This document shows, piece after piece, positions 9,353 through 20,140 of a stretch of DNA of 64,000 nucleotides. Every line of letters starts with the position of its first letter. Positions within the stretch are counted from its first letter, which is position 1. The stretch covers positions 96,001 through 160,000 of IMG/VR virus record IMGVR_UViG_3300031555_003522; one strand, 5' to 3'. This stretch comes from a virus (taxonomy: Duplodnaviria > Caudoviricetes). Made by a program: the position numbers and the translations under genes. The notes beneath the pieces were generated by a model. The model was not told where the DNA came from and searched no databases. It saw nothing but the letters and a program-made list of their open reading frames with translations.

Positions 9353-12300
9353 ATGGCTAAGCCTACTAAGAATAATGAAGCCACAAATTTTGAAGAAAGC
9401 ATTCGTAGTTATGGTGATAAGATCGAACACATTGATACCTTTGTAGAAGCTGTGCGCCGATTCCCGGGTATGTATATCGGTGCAAAAAGTGATACTGGTT
9501 GGAAGGCATGTGGTCGAGAAATTTTCCAGAATGCTGTTGATGAGATTATCCGTGTAGAATCTCCTTGTCACTACGTAAAGATGAGTTTTGATGAAAGAAC
9601 TCAAGCTGTGGTAGTAGAAGATACTGGACGCGGTATTCCTCATGGTAAAATTATTGAAATCTATGCTAGTCAGCATACTAGTTCTAACTATTCCAAGAAA
9701 CCCGGTGAGTATACATCTGGTGTTCATGGTGTTGGCTCTGGTGTTGCTATGGCATTATCAAAATCTTTTGATATCTATTCGTACGTGCTTGGTGAAGCTA
9801 GGCATGTACATTTTGATTCTGGTGTATTATGGCCTGAAGGGGAAAAGGTTATTCCTTGTCCTGAGGGCAGACAGGGAACTACTGTTGTCATGACACCAGA
9901 CCTTGATGTATTAGACGAAGTAAATCTTACTTGCGAAGATTTCCTTGATCTAGTATTGAAGGTATATCCTCTTGTCAATGTCGGTGATAGAATAGATTTT
10001 ACCGGTATTGATAGAGATGGTAAAATCAAGTATCAGGAAGAATTAGTGAATAAGGATGGTATTATATCATCTCTTATGGTTAGAACTCAAGCTCCTCTTG
10101 TAACACCAGTACAGTTTAAAGATGATACTGGTTACATGAAAGCTGAGATCGCCTTCACTTATGACTCAAGTGATTTAACGTCTGTAGAAGATATTGTAAG
10201 TTATGCAAACTTTACACCTACAACTGGCGGCACGCACGTTGCTGGTTTTATGGATGGTGTGTGTAACTTCTTCCGAAACTACATGAACAAGATTTATCTT
10301 GGTGAGAAGTCTAAAGTTTCTGTGGTAAATAATGATGTCAAGACAGGTCTTAAAGTCATTATTGCAGCTGCTCATCTGAATCCTGTATTTGCGGGTCAGT
10401 TTAAGGGCATTCTGTCAAATGAAGATATGTATAAATATATCAAAGATCTGACTATGAAATCTTTGGAAGAATGGTCTAAGACGAGTCCTGGTGATTTGCA
10501 AAAGATTTGCAAGTTCATCAAGGAGATTGCTGAGATACGAATGAAGAGTGATGATAGTAAGATCAAGCTATCTAATAACTATGAAGCGAGTTCTCTTACT
10601 GGTAAGCCAAAGAAATATGTCCCACCCTCTGGACATAAAAATCTGGAGTTGATTATTGTAGAGGGTGATTCTGCATTAGGTTCTACTAAGAATAGTAGAG
10701 ATACTGCAACGCAAGGCGTATTCCCTGAAGTGGACGGGGCATTGACTAGTAATAGTCAATCGTAAACTTCCTTAATTGCTGGGATGCTAAGTATTATATG
10801 AAAGCCTTAGAAACTTTTATATAATATATGCTAATCAGCAGCCAAGTAGAAATCGGAAGTGATGCACTATGTATAATCCAATTATCTTTAATAATGAAGA
10901 GTTTAAAGATATAGTAATTCCAAATGTTAAACCGATATATTCTGTAAGCAATTATGGTACTATAATTAATAAAATAACCGGTGAGCAGATTAGCATGCAA
11001 ATTACAAGTGATGGATATTTAAGAGTGGGTTTATCGTGTTTAAATGGTAATACCAAACACTTTCTTGTCCATAGATTAGTATTAATGGCATTTTGTCCAA
11101 TACCTAATCCTGAATCGTTCGAGGGAAATCATCTTAAAGGAATAAAGATAGATAATAGGGTAGAGGAATTAGAGTGGACAACCACGTTAGAGAATAATCA
11201 TCATTCTTTTGATACGGGGTTGAATAATAATATACGAGAAAATCATGCAAAAGCTAAACTCACCAATGATCAAGTTCATTTAATATGTCAATGCTTAGAA
11301 AAAGGAATGACTATTAAAGAGATAGAACCTTTGATTATAGATACAGGATGTATAGATCTTGGAAGAAATATAAGAGCTATACGAGAAAGAAAAGCATGGG
11401 TTACTATAAGTAAGGATTATTCGTTTAGTAGCAGAAACAATAGAGATATGTTTTGTGATGATGAAGTTAGAATTATCTGTAAAATGATAGAAGCAGATGC
11501 CGGATATAAGAATATTTTAATATCATTAGGAATAGATATTTCTACTTTATCTTCAAAAGAGCTAGCAAATTATTGTGATATAATAAGTAATATTAGAGTG
11601 GGTAAATATTACTCAGATATATCTAAGGATTTTGATTTTTCAAAATCAAAGTTATTTAGACATGACCAAACTTTAGATAATGATAAAATAACTAAAGTGT
11701 GCAAATGTTTAGAATCTGGTATGAGTAGTACTGAGATACTAAATAAGCTTAATATATCAAAAGAATCCGTAGGTTATGAGAAATATGATAAAAGTCGACG
11801 GATTATAAATAAAATTAGAGCTAGAAAAGCATTCATTTCAATCTCTAAAGATTATGATTTCTAAAGGTTCAACGACTATCGAAAGGTATCTTATGATGAA
11901 CCGAGTAGAGTAGAACTCAAGCGAGTTTCGAAATGGGAAGGATCCATATAAATGGATCGTGATATAGTCTCATCTGTATGGAAACATACAGCAGTTCATA
12001 AGAGAACGGTATAGAAGTAGCGACTCTATATGAAGATATTGATCCGTGGTAAGTTGCCTAATGCATTTAAAACATCTAAAACATCTTTCTTAGCAAATCA
12101 AGAAATTGCTTCCATTATCACAATTATTGGTTGTGGATATGGTAAGAATTTTGATATAACTAAGTGTAAATTCGATAAGATAATTTTCTTAGCAGATGCG
12201 GATCCGGATAAGGTTGTGAGCTGTCCGGCTTAATAGAAATATTAAGAAAATAACTCTCTTAATTGCTGGAATATCTTAAAAATTGAGACAATCAGCAGCG

Positions 12301-13526
12301 AAGCCTCTTATATGAGGAACGTTCAACGACTAGTCGAAAGACGTAGGGTTCAAGCGAGCTCGAAATGGAGAGCCCTTAACAGGCAATGCTGAAGGTGAAG
12401 ATATAGTCTAACCTACATGGTGACATGTAGCAGTTCATAAGAGAACGGTATAAGTTTAGCGAACTTATATGAATATTAGGGTTCACACATTAATACACTT
12501 CTGCTTAGATTCTTTATCATGTATCTGCCAGAATTGATTACAGCTGGTAGGGTTTATCGTGCTGTTCCTCCTCTGTTTGGTATTAGAGGTAAGGGCAATA
12601 GTATGAAATACTTTACTACAAAGCTTGATTTCACTAAATATGTCCAGAATTTGTTTGCTCACAATCATGTGCTTACAGATATTAATGGGCGTAGACTTAC
12701 TAGCAATGAAACTACAAATTTATTCTTTAAGAATATAGATTATAAAGATCAAATTGAATCTATTGCAAATACTTTTGCGGTAGATCCTGATCTATTAGAA
12801 TCTGTATTATATCATCTCGCAAGATTTGTTGAGATTGGTAATCCTGAAGCTGTCGCCAGTATGGCTGCAAGGGCTAAAGCCGTAAAGGCTACTAGTAAGA
12901 AAGCAGAAAGTGCGACAAAAAAGAAAACAGAGGGTGCTAGTAAGGCAAAGAAGCAGACCTCTAAAAAAGAAGAAGATATTTCTGATGATGGAGATTTTAA
13001 TATAGAAGATATTCCTATCACAGAAACATCTGTATCTGCATCTGTAGCTTATTACATTAAACCTACGTTTAATGCAAAAGCTCTGAGAACAGAACTGAAG
13101 AAGTTATACAGATTCGTTGATATCGTTGAAGATAATGGTGTCATTAGAATTGAAGGACTTGTCAATAGTAGATATCAATATGTATTTATTAATGATAAAT
13201 TTATAGCTTCTTGTATTCCCCTTATCGAGACCATTAAGAATAATACTGACTTGTATTATCGTGTAAATGATGAAGCTGTTAGTTTGTATTCCTTAATGTG
13301 TCAATTCGATAATATGATCCCATCCGGCCTGATTAGATATAAGGGCTTGGGCGAACAGGATCCAGATCAATTGGCTGTATCTGCACTTCATCCCAAGGGT
13401 GATAGAACTCTTATTAGATATACTATTGAGAGCGCTAAAGAAGAAATCGAAAGTCTTAGACGAATCGATTCTAGTATGGCATCCTTGCTTAGAGAAGTTA
13501 AAATTACTAAAGCAGAGATTGAATAA
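9353..13526 (+). CDS. gyrB: DNA gyrase/topo II subunit B in three exons: 9353-10726, 12042-12209, 12480-13526 (862 aa spliced)
   Basis: RRFPGMYIG, EIFQNAVDE, DTGRGIP, GVHGVG, IVEGDSA; splicing restores QGVFP|IRGKLPN and DADPD|GSHINTLLL; C-terminal RYKGLGE. Confidence 0.95.
10727..12041 (+). mobile_element. Group I intron 1 of gyrB with HNH gene
   Basis: P1 CCCU|G..CGGGG with U-G wobble; core TTAATTGCTGGGA, AATCAGCAGCC, GTTCAACGACTA, GATATAGTCT; terminal G at 12041; frame restored. Confidence 0.93.
10869..11864 (+). CDS. Intron-encoded HNH homing endonuclease
   Basis: YSVSNYG, GYLRVGL, VHRLVLMAF, NHLKGIKIDNRVEELEW; three C-terminal repeats ending ISKD(Y/F)xF. Confidence 0.9.
   Translation: MYNPIIFNNEEFKDIVIPNVKPIYSVSNYGTIINKITGEQISMQITSDGYLRVGLSCLNGNTKHFLVHRLVLMAFCPIPNPESFEGNHLKGIKIDNRVEELEWTTTLENNHHSFDTGLNNNIRENHAKAKLTNDQVHLICQCLEKGMTIKEIEPLIIDTGCIDLGRNIRAIRERKAWVTISKDYSFSSRNNRDMFCDDEVRIICKMIEADAGYKNILISLGIDISTLSSKELANYCDIISNIRVGKYYSDISKDFDFSKSKLFRHDQTLDNDKITKVCKCLESGMSSTEILNKLNISKESVGYEKYDKSRRIINKIRARKAFISISKDYDF
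12210..12479 (+). mobile_element. Group I intron 2 of gyrB (270 nt, no ORF)
   Basis: P1 CCGGAU|A..UGUCCGG; P10 GUGAGCU with exon GGUUCAC; AAGATATAGTCT; terminal G at 12479. Confidence 0.95.
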
Positions 13527-13628
13527 TTTAATAGGGATGGAGAATATATTCTCCATCCCATTATTTTTTAATTAGATATTATATCTATAGAATAAGTCTA
13601 AATAATTATTTTTAAGGAGGAAATATAA

Positions 13629-14057
13629 ATGATTTATAAACTAAATGATCAAAATGTTTTAACTGAAGGTACAATATATCTTAGAAATGCTAATATAAAT
13701 AAAATAAGAATGTATAAATTTCATGTACTCGAAGGTGAAACTAATAGACATGGTCCAAGAATTAAGGTCATGCTAAAGGATAATGAAGTTGCGACATATA
13801 GGATTAATATACATAATGGAGATATTTCTCTAATATCTAGTAGTATAAATACAAATCATAGGTCCCATATAGAAGATGTGGTGAGAGAGGTATCGTATGG
13901 CTGTTATAAGCTTATATATGAATTATCTAAAAATAATTCAACTACAAACACTAAAATCATGCAATATTATACAGATCTAATAGTAAGCTCTCCTAGATAT
14001 GATATGCATAAAACAGCAGAAAGGATTAGGATTGAATTAGATGGTAAAATTTATTGA
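13629..14057 (+). CDS. HGPRxK-motif small protein (cassette 1, gene A)
   Basis: Paralog of 14757-15194 (HGPRIKV / HGPRMKI; SYGCY). Confidence 0.85.
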   Translation: MIYKLNDQNVLTEGTIYLRNANINKIRMYKFHVLEGETNRHGPRIKVMLKDNEVATYRINIHNGDISLISSSINTNHRSHIEDVVREVSYGCYKLIYELSKNNSTTNTKIMQYYTDLIVSSPRYDMHKTAERIRIELDGKIY

Positions 14058-14667
14058 CAAAATATATATTCCAAGTGGTACAATATTTTATTATGATTAT
14101 TTTGGATTGAGTAGCCATACTTTAGAAGGCCTTATCGAAATGCTTCCTAAAGAAGAACCTCATAATTGGTATGATATACATGTACTCGAACCAGATAAGA
14201 AAATGGTTCCTTTAGATAGTGAATTAGAATATATGACATCGGATGCTAATGAATTCAGAAGAAAAGTAGAAAATGCTTCCAGATATAGAAGGCTTATACT
14301 ATCTGGTACTCTGGATGAAGTATTTATAGAAATATGTTCCATATTCTTACAAAAATATGGTGCCGAATTAAATTATTCATTTGATATGGGATATATGTAT
14401 GGAAACTATCCAAAATATTCAGATGGAGAACATGTGAAAGTGCCATATAATTCTTGGTGGGAATCAGATGGATATTATGACGATACCGAGCATGCCATAA
14501 TATTAAGAAAATGCGGTTCAGATATCGAATATCCGAGACCAGTATGTAAAGAAGGTTATATTGGTTATGCTGTATCCCCATCAAATAGTAATGGTGATAT
14601 ATTAGGAGATGCATATAATAATCTTATGACATTCCCTACTGCACTATTATCTAAGTTGCAAAAATGA
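14041..14667 (+). CDS. Hypothetical protein (cassette 1, gene B)
   Basis: Overlaps gene A; paralog of 15184-15873. Confidence 0.85.
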   Translation: MVKFIDKIYIPSGTIFYYDYFGLSSHTLEGLIEMLPKEEPHNWYDIHVLEPDKKMVPLDSELEYMTSDANEFRRKVENASRYRRLILSGTLDEVFIEICSIFLQKYGAELNYSFDMGYMYGNYPKYSDGEHVKVPYNSWWESDGYYDDTEHAIILRKCGSDIEYPRPVCKEGYIGYAVSPSNSNGDILGDAYNNLMTFPTALLSKLQK

Positions 14668-14756
14668 TATAAAGCGGTAGTCTTAATGGCTACCGCTTTA
14701 TTTTTTAATTGCATATTATAATCATGAATAAATACCTAATAAGGAGTAAAATAATT

Positions 14757-15194
14757 ATGATTTATAAAAATGAAGTAGATTTAATTCTTAAAGAAAACAA
14801 TTTCAAAATCGAGAATTTTAATGGAAGCGGTAATAGAATAGTAATACATCTGTTATCAGGAAGGGGCAGAAGTTTACCTCATGGACCTAGAATGAAAATT
14901 ATTCTTGGAGGAAGCACTACTGGATATTTTGAAATAAGACAACATACCGGAGAAGTAGTATATGATAAGAAATATTCTGATTTGAGTGCTAGTGAATTAT
15001 CCAATATACTTCCTGTTATAGAAGATATATCATATGGTTGCTATAGGGCTATAACAGCGTATTTCTATTTTGGCTCTTATAAAAGTGATTTGGAAGAGGC
15101 CTTACAAAGAATAGGATCTGCTAATAGATCTGAAAGAAAAAGATTAGCTAAAGAATATAGAGAAAGGTTTAGTAATATATCATATGAAAAATAA
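14757..15194 (+). CDS. HGPRxK-motif small protein (cassette 2, gene A)
   Basis: AAGGAG RBS before ATG 14757; paralog of 13629. Confidence 0.85.
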   Translation: MIYKNEVDLILKENNFKIENFNGSGNRIVIHLLSGRGRSLPHGPRMKIILGGSTTGYFEIRQHTGEVVYDKKYSDLSASELSNILPVIEDISYGCYRAITAYFYFGSYKSDLEEALQRIGSANRSERKRLAKEYRERFSNISYEK

Positions 15195-15873
15195 AAATTT
15201 AATATACATGCCTAAAGGCTGTATTTTTGGATGTAAATATTTTCATGAATACTCTAATAGTTTAGATAATTTGATAGAATATATAAAGAGTAGAGATACT
15301 TTATATTATCTCGGAGTTCCATTTCATGTAATATCTATATTTAATCCTAATCAGTCTGGTATGGTAACGAGATTCGAGTATAATTCTATACACGAATTAA
15401 GAATGAATATATCCGTATTTTGTAGGTATCGTGAATTGATAGTGTCGCCTAAATTTGATGAAGTATACGAAGAAATATGCTATTTTGAATATGAAAAAGA
15501 GCCGACTGTTGGAAGAGAAGAGAATATATCTTCATTTGATTTAGGCTTGATCTACGATCAATATCCTATTCCAGAAACTGGATTGGTCAAATTATGTGGG
15601 TTTGAAAATGCATCTGATTGGCCTATGCCTATGGAGAATAATTTTTACGGAATCGGATATCTATACGGAATATATGGAATGGAAGATCAGACAGGAATTT
15701 ATTCTGGGCTTGATTTAAATATAGGATGTTCTGTATATCCATATTCTATAAATAAAAATATGGAACCTATTTCATTTGAAGAAGCAGCAACTTTTACTAT
15801 TCCAATCGCTTTATTAAACTCAGATCCGGATGAGGTAAAAACACAACAGATTAAAGAATCATGTATTGAATAA
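15184..15873 (+). CDS. Hypothetical protein (cassette 2, gene B)
   Basis: Shares IYxPxGxIF, YRxLIxS..DEV..EIC, SFDxG.xY..YP and T.P.ALL with 14041. Confidence 0.85.
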   Translation: MKNKNLIYMPKGCIFGCKYFHEYSNSLDNLIEYIKSRDTLYYLGVPFHVISIFNPNQSGMVTRFEYNSIHELRMNISVFCRYRELIVSPKFDEVYEEICYFEYEKEPTVGREENISSFDLGLIYDQYPIPETGLVKLCGFENASDWPMPMENNFYGIGYLYGIYGMEDQTGIYSGLDLNIGCSVYPYSINKNMEPISFEEAATFTIPIALLNSDPDEVKTQQIKESCIE

Positions 15874-16004
15874 AGAAGGATGAAATAAAGTGGTAGCTTA
15901 GACATGCTACCACTTTATTTTTTATTTATATAATATAATTATGAATAAGAAATTTCATGTAATAAGACCACAAAAACATGAAAATAATTAGGAGGATGAA
16001 AACT

Positions 16005-16592
16005 ATGGAAAGAAAAACTAAGTTTAGTTGGAAGGATAAGTTTGCATATTTAGGATATTCTGATAAACAGATATCAGAATTACTCAAGTATCCAGTGCAT
16101 ATACTCCAGTATATCCATGAACGTGGTTATGTAAATCCAGATATGAATTGTGGACAAATCAAACAGGTTATACTTGGTATCACGAAAAACCATTTAAGCG
16201 TATTAGTGAAAGATTATGCTAAAAATGAATATTCTACAGCTCATATGAGAGTATTAAGGCTACTTCTGAATATAGGTATGAATTCTGATTATATTGCTAA
16301 ATATATGGACCCTAAAGTCCTAAATTATAAACAATGCTTTGTACTCGGTATGGTTCTCTTGTCATCTAAAGGAATCGGAGTAGATGCTCATATAGAATTT
16401 GTTAAAAATGCTCATAATCAGGTGAATGCACTTTATGATATCTATAATCGTAAAGTATCGTCAATTCAATATGATTATTTACAAGCAGATTTAGTGGCAA
16501 AGAAACTTATATCTAATTTTGATAAAAATTTCTATGCTGCACAAATAGAATATAATTTGGAATTAGTATCAGGAAAAGGAGATAAACAATGA
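16005..16592 (+). CDS. Hypothetical protein
   Basis: AGGAGG RBS; helical-repeat-like sequence. Confidence 0.8.
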   Translation: MERKTKFSWKDKFAYLGYSDKQISELLKYPVHILQYIHERGYVNPDMNCGQIKQVILGITKNHLSVLVKDYAKNEYSTAHMRVLRLLLNIGMNSDYIAKYMDPKVLNYKQCFVLGMVLLSSKGIGVDAHIEFVKNAHNQVNALYDIYNRKVSSIQYDYLQADLVAKKLISNFDKNFYAAQIEYNLELVSGKGDKQ

Positions 16593-17245
16593 TTTTTAAT
16601 AGTAATCTATTGAGTGACAATTTCGATACTGAACAGGTAATGGAGCTTAGAGATATTTATGAAAATGGATATATAAATCTATTTACATTTCTATCTGATC
16701 ATCCAGAGATAAATTCTGATTGTCTTTTTGAAATAAATCAAATAATCAGAAATAGAGAAACAACAACAGAAGAGACAATAAATACTATTATCTCCGTGCT
16801 TGATGTTTATACAATGCATATTTTAGAAAGTGGGGAGAAATGTTCATTTGATAGAATAAAGTATGGAATGTATGCCATTAAATCTGGTATGCAATATCCA
16901 TATATAGTATATCTCATGTGTACCAGTACTATTCCAGAAAGTAATATTGTGGATGTCTATGAGTGCTTTAAGAATAATATTACTTTAGCTCGTATCACCG
17001 AGACAATACGTATTTATTCTATATATACCAGTGATCAGATACGTCAAATATGCGGATGTCTTACCGATGTGAATAGTGGTAAATATGATTCTAAATTTAT
17101 AAGGATAATAAAAGATCCTTTAAATAGCGCAGATGATATGTATACTTTACGTAAAGAGACCGAAAAATTAGCTATATCATTACGTAGTATAAACACAATA
17201 TCCAAAAATTTATATTTGGATGTTTCTATAGAAGAAATAGTGTAG
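16589..17245 (+). CDS. Hypothetical protein
   Basis: ATGA overlap with upstream gene. Confidence 0.8.
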   Translation: MIFNSNLLSDNFDTEQVMELRDIYENGYINLFTFLSDHPEINSDCLFEINQIIRNRETTTEETINTIISVLDVYTMHILESGEKCSFDRIKYGMYAIKSGMQYPYIVYLMCTSTIPESNIVDVYECFKNNITLARITETIRIYSIYTSDQIRQICGCLTDVNSGKYDSKFIRIIKDPLNSADDMYTLRKETEKLAISLRSINTISKNLYLDVSIEEIV

Positions 17246-17320
17246 AATTATCCCCTATGGTTGACATCAACCATAGGGGCTACATTTTAATAAGAGTATT
17301 TATTTTTGGAGGAATTAAAT

Positions 17321-17995
17321 ATGATAGATAAAATTCTGAAAAGGATGAATTTATGTCGCGCAGAGGAACTAGAGGATGCTAATAATTTAATTAGTGTTTA
17401 TAAAAATGAATTTGCTAATTTTAATAGAAGGATTATAGAAATAGGTAATAATACAGACTTTTTAAGGAAGCAGCTAAATGCTGTACTTGGTAAAGAACAA
17501 GAATTACGTAGCGATCTAGCTGTTAGGGATGAAAAAATTGCCAAACTCGAACAAGAACTTCTTAATGAACTCAATCGTTCTACGGGTTATGAGACTAAAC
17601 TAAAATTTTATGAAGATGCTGATAGAGCTGGACTATTGATCAAGGCCCCTTGCTTGCCAGGCACTACCGTATATTGGGTTTCTGGAGGTTTCGATGAAAC
17701 TATAAAGCCTTATGCTATAGAATTCAGTGAAAAATTTGGATTTGCTATCATTGAGTTAACTGTAAGTACTATTATTAAAAATGATAAAGGATGTGTAGTA
17801 CTTATGGATACAACTTTTTGTATTAACAATATACCTTCTTTTCATATTGATGATTTTGATAGATTTATATTTACTAATCTTGATGATGCTAAATCTCTTT
17901 TTCATAAAATAATAGAAAATAGTACCCCTATGGAAAAATATCATACTAGTGGATATACACAAGCAATAAATGGAATGGATATAAAATTCTTATAA
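17321..17995 (+). CDS. Hypothetical protein with N-terminal coiled coil
   Basis: GGAGG RBS; GLLIKAPCLPGTTVYWV motif. Confidence 0.8.
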   Translation: MIDKILKRMNLCRAEELEDANNLISVYKNEFANFNRRIIEIGNNTDFLRKQLNAVLGKEQELRSDLAVRDEKIAKLEQELLNELNRSTGYETKLKFYEDADRAGLLIKAPCLPGTTVYWVSGGFDETIKPYAIEFSEKFGFAIIELTVSTIIKNDKGCVVLMDTTFCINNIPSFHIDDFDRFIFTNLDDAKSLFHKIIENSTPMEKYHTSGYTQAINGMDIKFL

Positions 17996-18218
17996 TAGAA
18001 TCTGAGAGTTCTAAAGTGGTTATCAGTTCTTAAGCCAATAGATATTTCAACATTCTGTATAAAGGATACTTATTTCTATTAAAATAGATGATGAATAGAG
18101 TATGGTAAATTACCATACTCTATTATTTTCGTATTTTCATACTTTTTTATTATATAGTATAATTATGAATATGAGATAGAAATATCTCATAAAATATACT
18201 TATGAGGAGATAATAATT

Positions 18219-18602
18219 ATGAAGATTCGTATCGAAATGGAACACAAGGAACTGTACAGCTATGCCGAGCTGGCGTCCGAAGTGGACAGCGACATCAACG
18301 TTCATGAATTCGTTGGTGAAGCATCCAAGAACATGAGAGCTACATCCAAGATGGTTTCCCTTACCAATACGCGCAACGATACCAACAATTCTGTTGTAAC
18401 AGAAATGACCATCGAAGCAGATTTGATCATAAAGATCATACGTAAGATGATGCCTATCATCAGCGCCTGCAAGATGATCGTAAGCATGATCACAAACTTC
18501 TTCGAAGATATCACTGATGATATCGGCGAGTCCAATGTCTGGATTGAGGGAGAAGACGATGAAGAAGAATCCAACGAGGATGAAACTGCCCACAATGAGT
18601 AA
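18219..18602 (+). CDS. Acidic hypothetical protein
   Basis: Own promoter and terminator; paralog of 18729. Confidence 0.85.
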   Translation: MKIRIEMEHKELYSYAELASEVDSDINVHEFVGEASKNMRATSKMVSLTNTRNDTNNSVVTEMTIEADLIIKIIRKMMPIISACKMIVSMITNFFEDITDDIGESNVWIEGEDDEEESNEDETAHNE

Positions 18603-18728
18603 TAAATATGGGGATCTTGATGATCCCCATTATTTTTTTGTTAAAGTTGTTTGTATTAATTGTATAATATTCGGGTGATAAACAAAGTTGTTTATCTAAA
18701 TAACATAAATTTCAAAGGAGAATTACGT

Positions 18729-19133
18729 ATGGAAGTTTTAATTAAATGCGATCATAGGGAAGAGGCCGAACTCTACGGTATGGTATCTAAATTATGTCCA
18801 GATCTAAAGGATATATTTTGTGAAGATGTGGAAATAAGGTCATTGGATGTTAAATTCCATAAAGTAAATGATGAAATTGAATTATATATTTCTGAGGATG
18901 TATCTAGAATGATTATAAAAAAGATATCTTCTGCTGGAAGTGTATTCAAAATTATATGGACTATTATGAATAATTCCATTAATGATATCATTGATGAGAT
19001 GGGAGAATTTGACGTTCTGGTTAATGGAAAATTAATGAATACAGACTATAGTGGAGATGATGAAAATGAGGACTTTGGTTTCACATTTAGTGATAAAGAT
19101 CATATTCCGACTATGCAATTTGAAGGTGTGTAA
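18729..19133 (+). CDS. Acidic hypothetical protein
   Basis: AAGGAG RBS; paralog of 18219. Confidence 0.8.
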   Translation: MEVLIKCDHREEAELYGMVSKLCPDLKDIFCEDVEIRSLDVKFHKVNDEIELYISEDVSRMIIKKISSAGSVFKIIWTIMNNSINDIIDEMGEFDVLVNGKLMNTDYSGDDENEDFGFTFSDKDHIPTMQFEGV

Positions 19134-19291
19134 TTAATGGGGGTCAATAGACCCCCATTATTTTTTAATAAATAACTCTAATATAACTTCAAATTAATGA
19201 GATTTAGTATTATTTAACATATTAATGGCATTACGTAATATTAAATCTAAAAATCGCGCCACATAATTATTTTATAAAGGAGAAGAAAACA

Positions 19292-19720
19292 ATGTATAAG
19301 AACAACAACCCCAAGGGTAATAACAACTTCAAGCCCGCAAAGCCTGTAACTAAGGTCATCCCTCTGGTAGCTACTGGCGATGCTGGCCATGGTAAGCAGT
19401 ATGATACCAATACTCTTCGCGATCTGCTTATCGATCTGACCAATTCTGAAGCTTTTAACAAGCTGTCCATCATGGCCACCATGCCTAAGGCTCTGGTTTT
19501 CGATAAGCCCGATGCTCGCGGCACCATTGGTGTTGCTCGTGTTAATGGCTATGATAAGACTAAGGATGAAATTACTGTAACCTTCTTCGGTAAGAATCTT
19601 CCTTATGCCGATAAGATCGATGATTCTATGGTAATTACCATCAAGGTTCATGCTGATCGTTCCGGTGTTGTAGATAGCCTACTGTCTTTCGATATCGTTA
19701 ATGCTAATGATGCAGAATGA
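19292..19720 (+). CDS. Hypothetical protein, probably highly expressed
   Basis: Strong RBS, C-ending codons, three late-type motifs upstream, terminator 19729-19768. Confidence 0.85.
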   Translation: MYKNNNPKGNNNFKPAKPVTKVIPLVATGDAGHGKQYDTNTLRDLLIDLTNSEAFNKLSIMATMPKALVFDKPDARGTIGVARVNGYDKTKDEITVTFFGKNLPYADKIDDSMVITIKVHADRSGVVDSLLSFDIVNANDAE

Positions 19721-19791
19721 TTAATTACATAATCTCGTGTGTTAAATAAACACACGAGATTATTTTTTATTAAATACATAAACAATATAAT

Positions 19792-20084
19792 AAGTCATAG
19801 GTTGCGTTGAGAAAGATATAATGTTTTATCTTATACAATATCAACTGAAGCGAAGATCTATAAAGTAATTTGATTACATGTGCAGATGGTCTTCTTCATA
19901 CATGATAACACTCCTTATCTTCCATATTCCATATTTCACATTCCAACAATCAATACTATATAGGGAGCCAGTGATAATTGTAACCCGGCGATAATTCTAT
20001 ATATTCTTCTCACTGACCACGCAATAAATGACCTCCTGTAATTAGGGTGCTAGACTTTAATCGTCTAGCACCTTATCTCTTTTT
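19792..20084 (+). ncRNA. Candidate structured ncRNA A (~290 nt)
   Basis: AACA-N6-TA at 19781; ends pair (GTCAT/ATGAC, TTGCGT/ACGCAA, TGAGAAAGATATA/TATATTCTTCTCA); terminator 20044-20084; no ORF. Confidence 0.7.
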
Positions 20085-20140
20085 GATCGTATATTATAGA
20101 TCTGCAAACTCTATAGTAATATAAAAAGGAGTGATTAGAA

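Noticed and set aside
9353-13526. gyrB and polB as frameshifted pseudogenes or stop-codon recoding
   Set aside because: Canonical group I splice sites restore conserved motifs exactly; other genes read normally in the standard code.
19858-19920. Minus-strand mini-ORFs (MYEEDHLHM or MKKTICTCNQITL) and GGA repeats as a CsrA sponge
   Set aside because: Both flanking terminators and the promoter motif are oriented for plus-strand transcription; not fully excluded.
19917-19936. Match of the ncRNA A loop to coding sequence at about 15670-15687
   Set aside because: Low-complexity GGAAT repeats in mid-CDS; likely chance.
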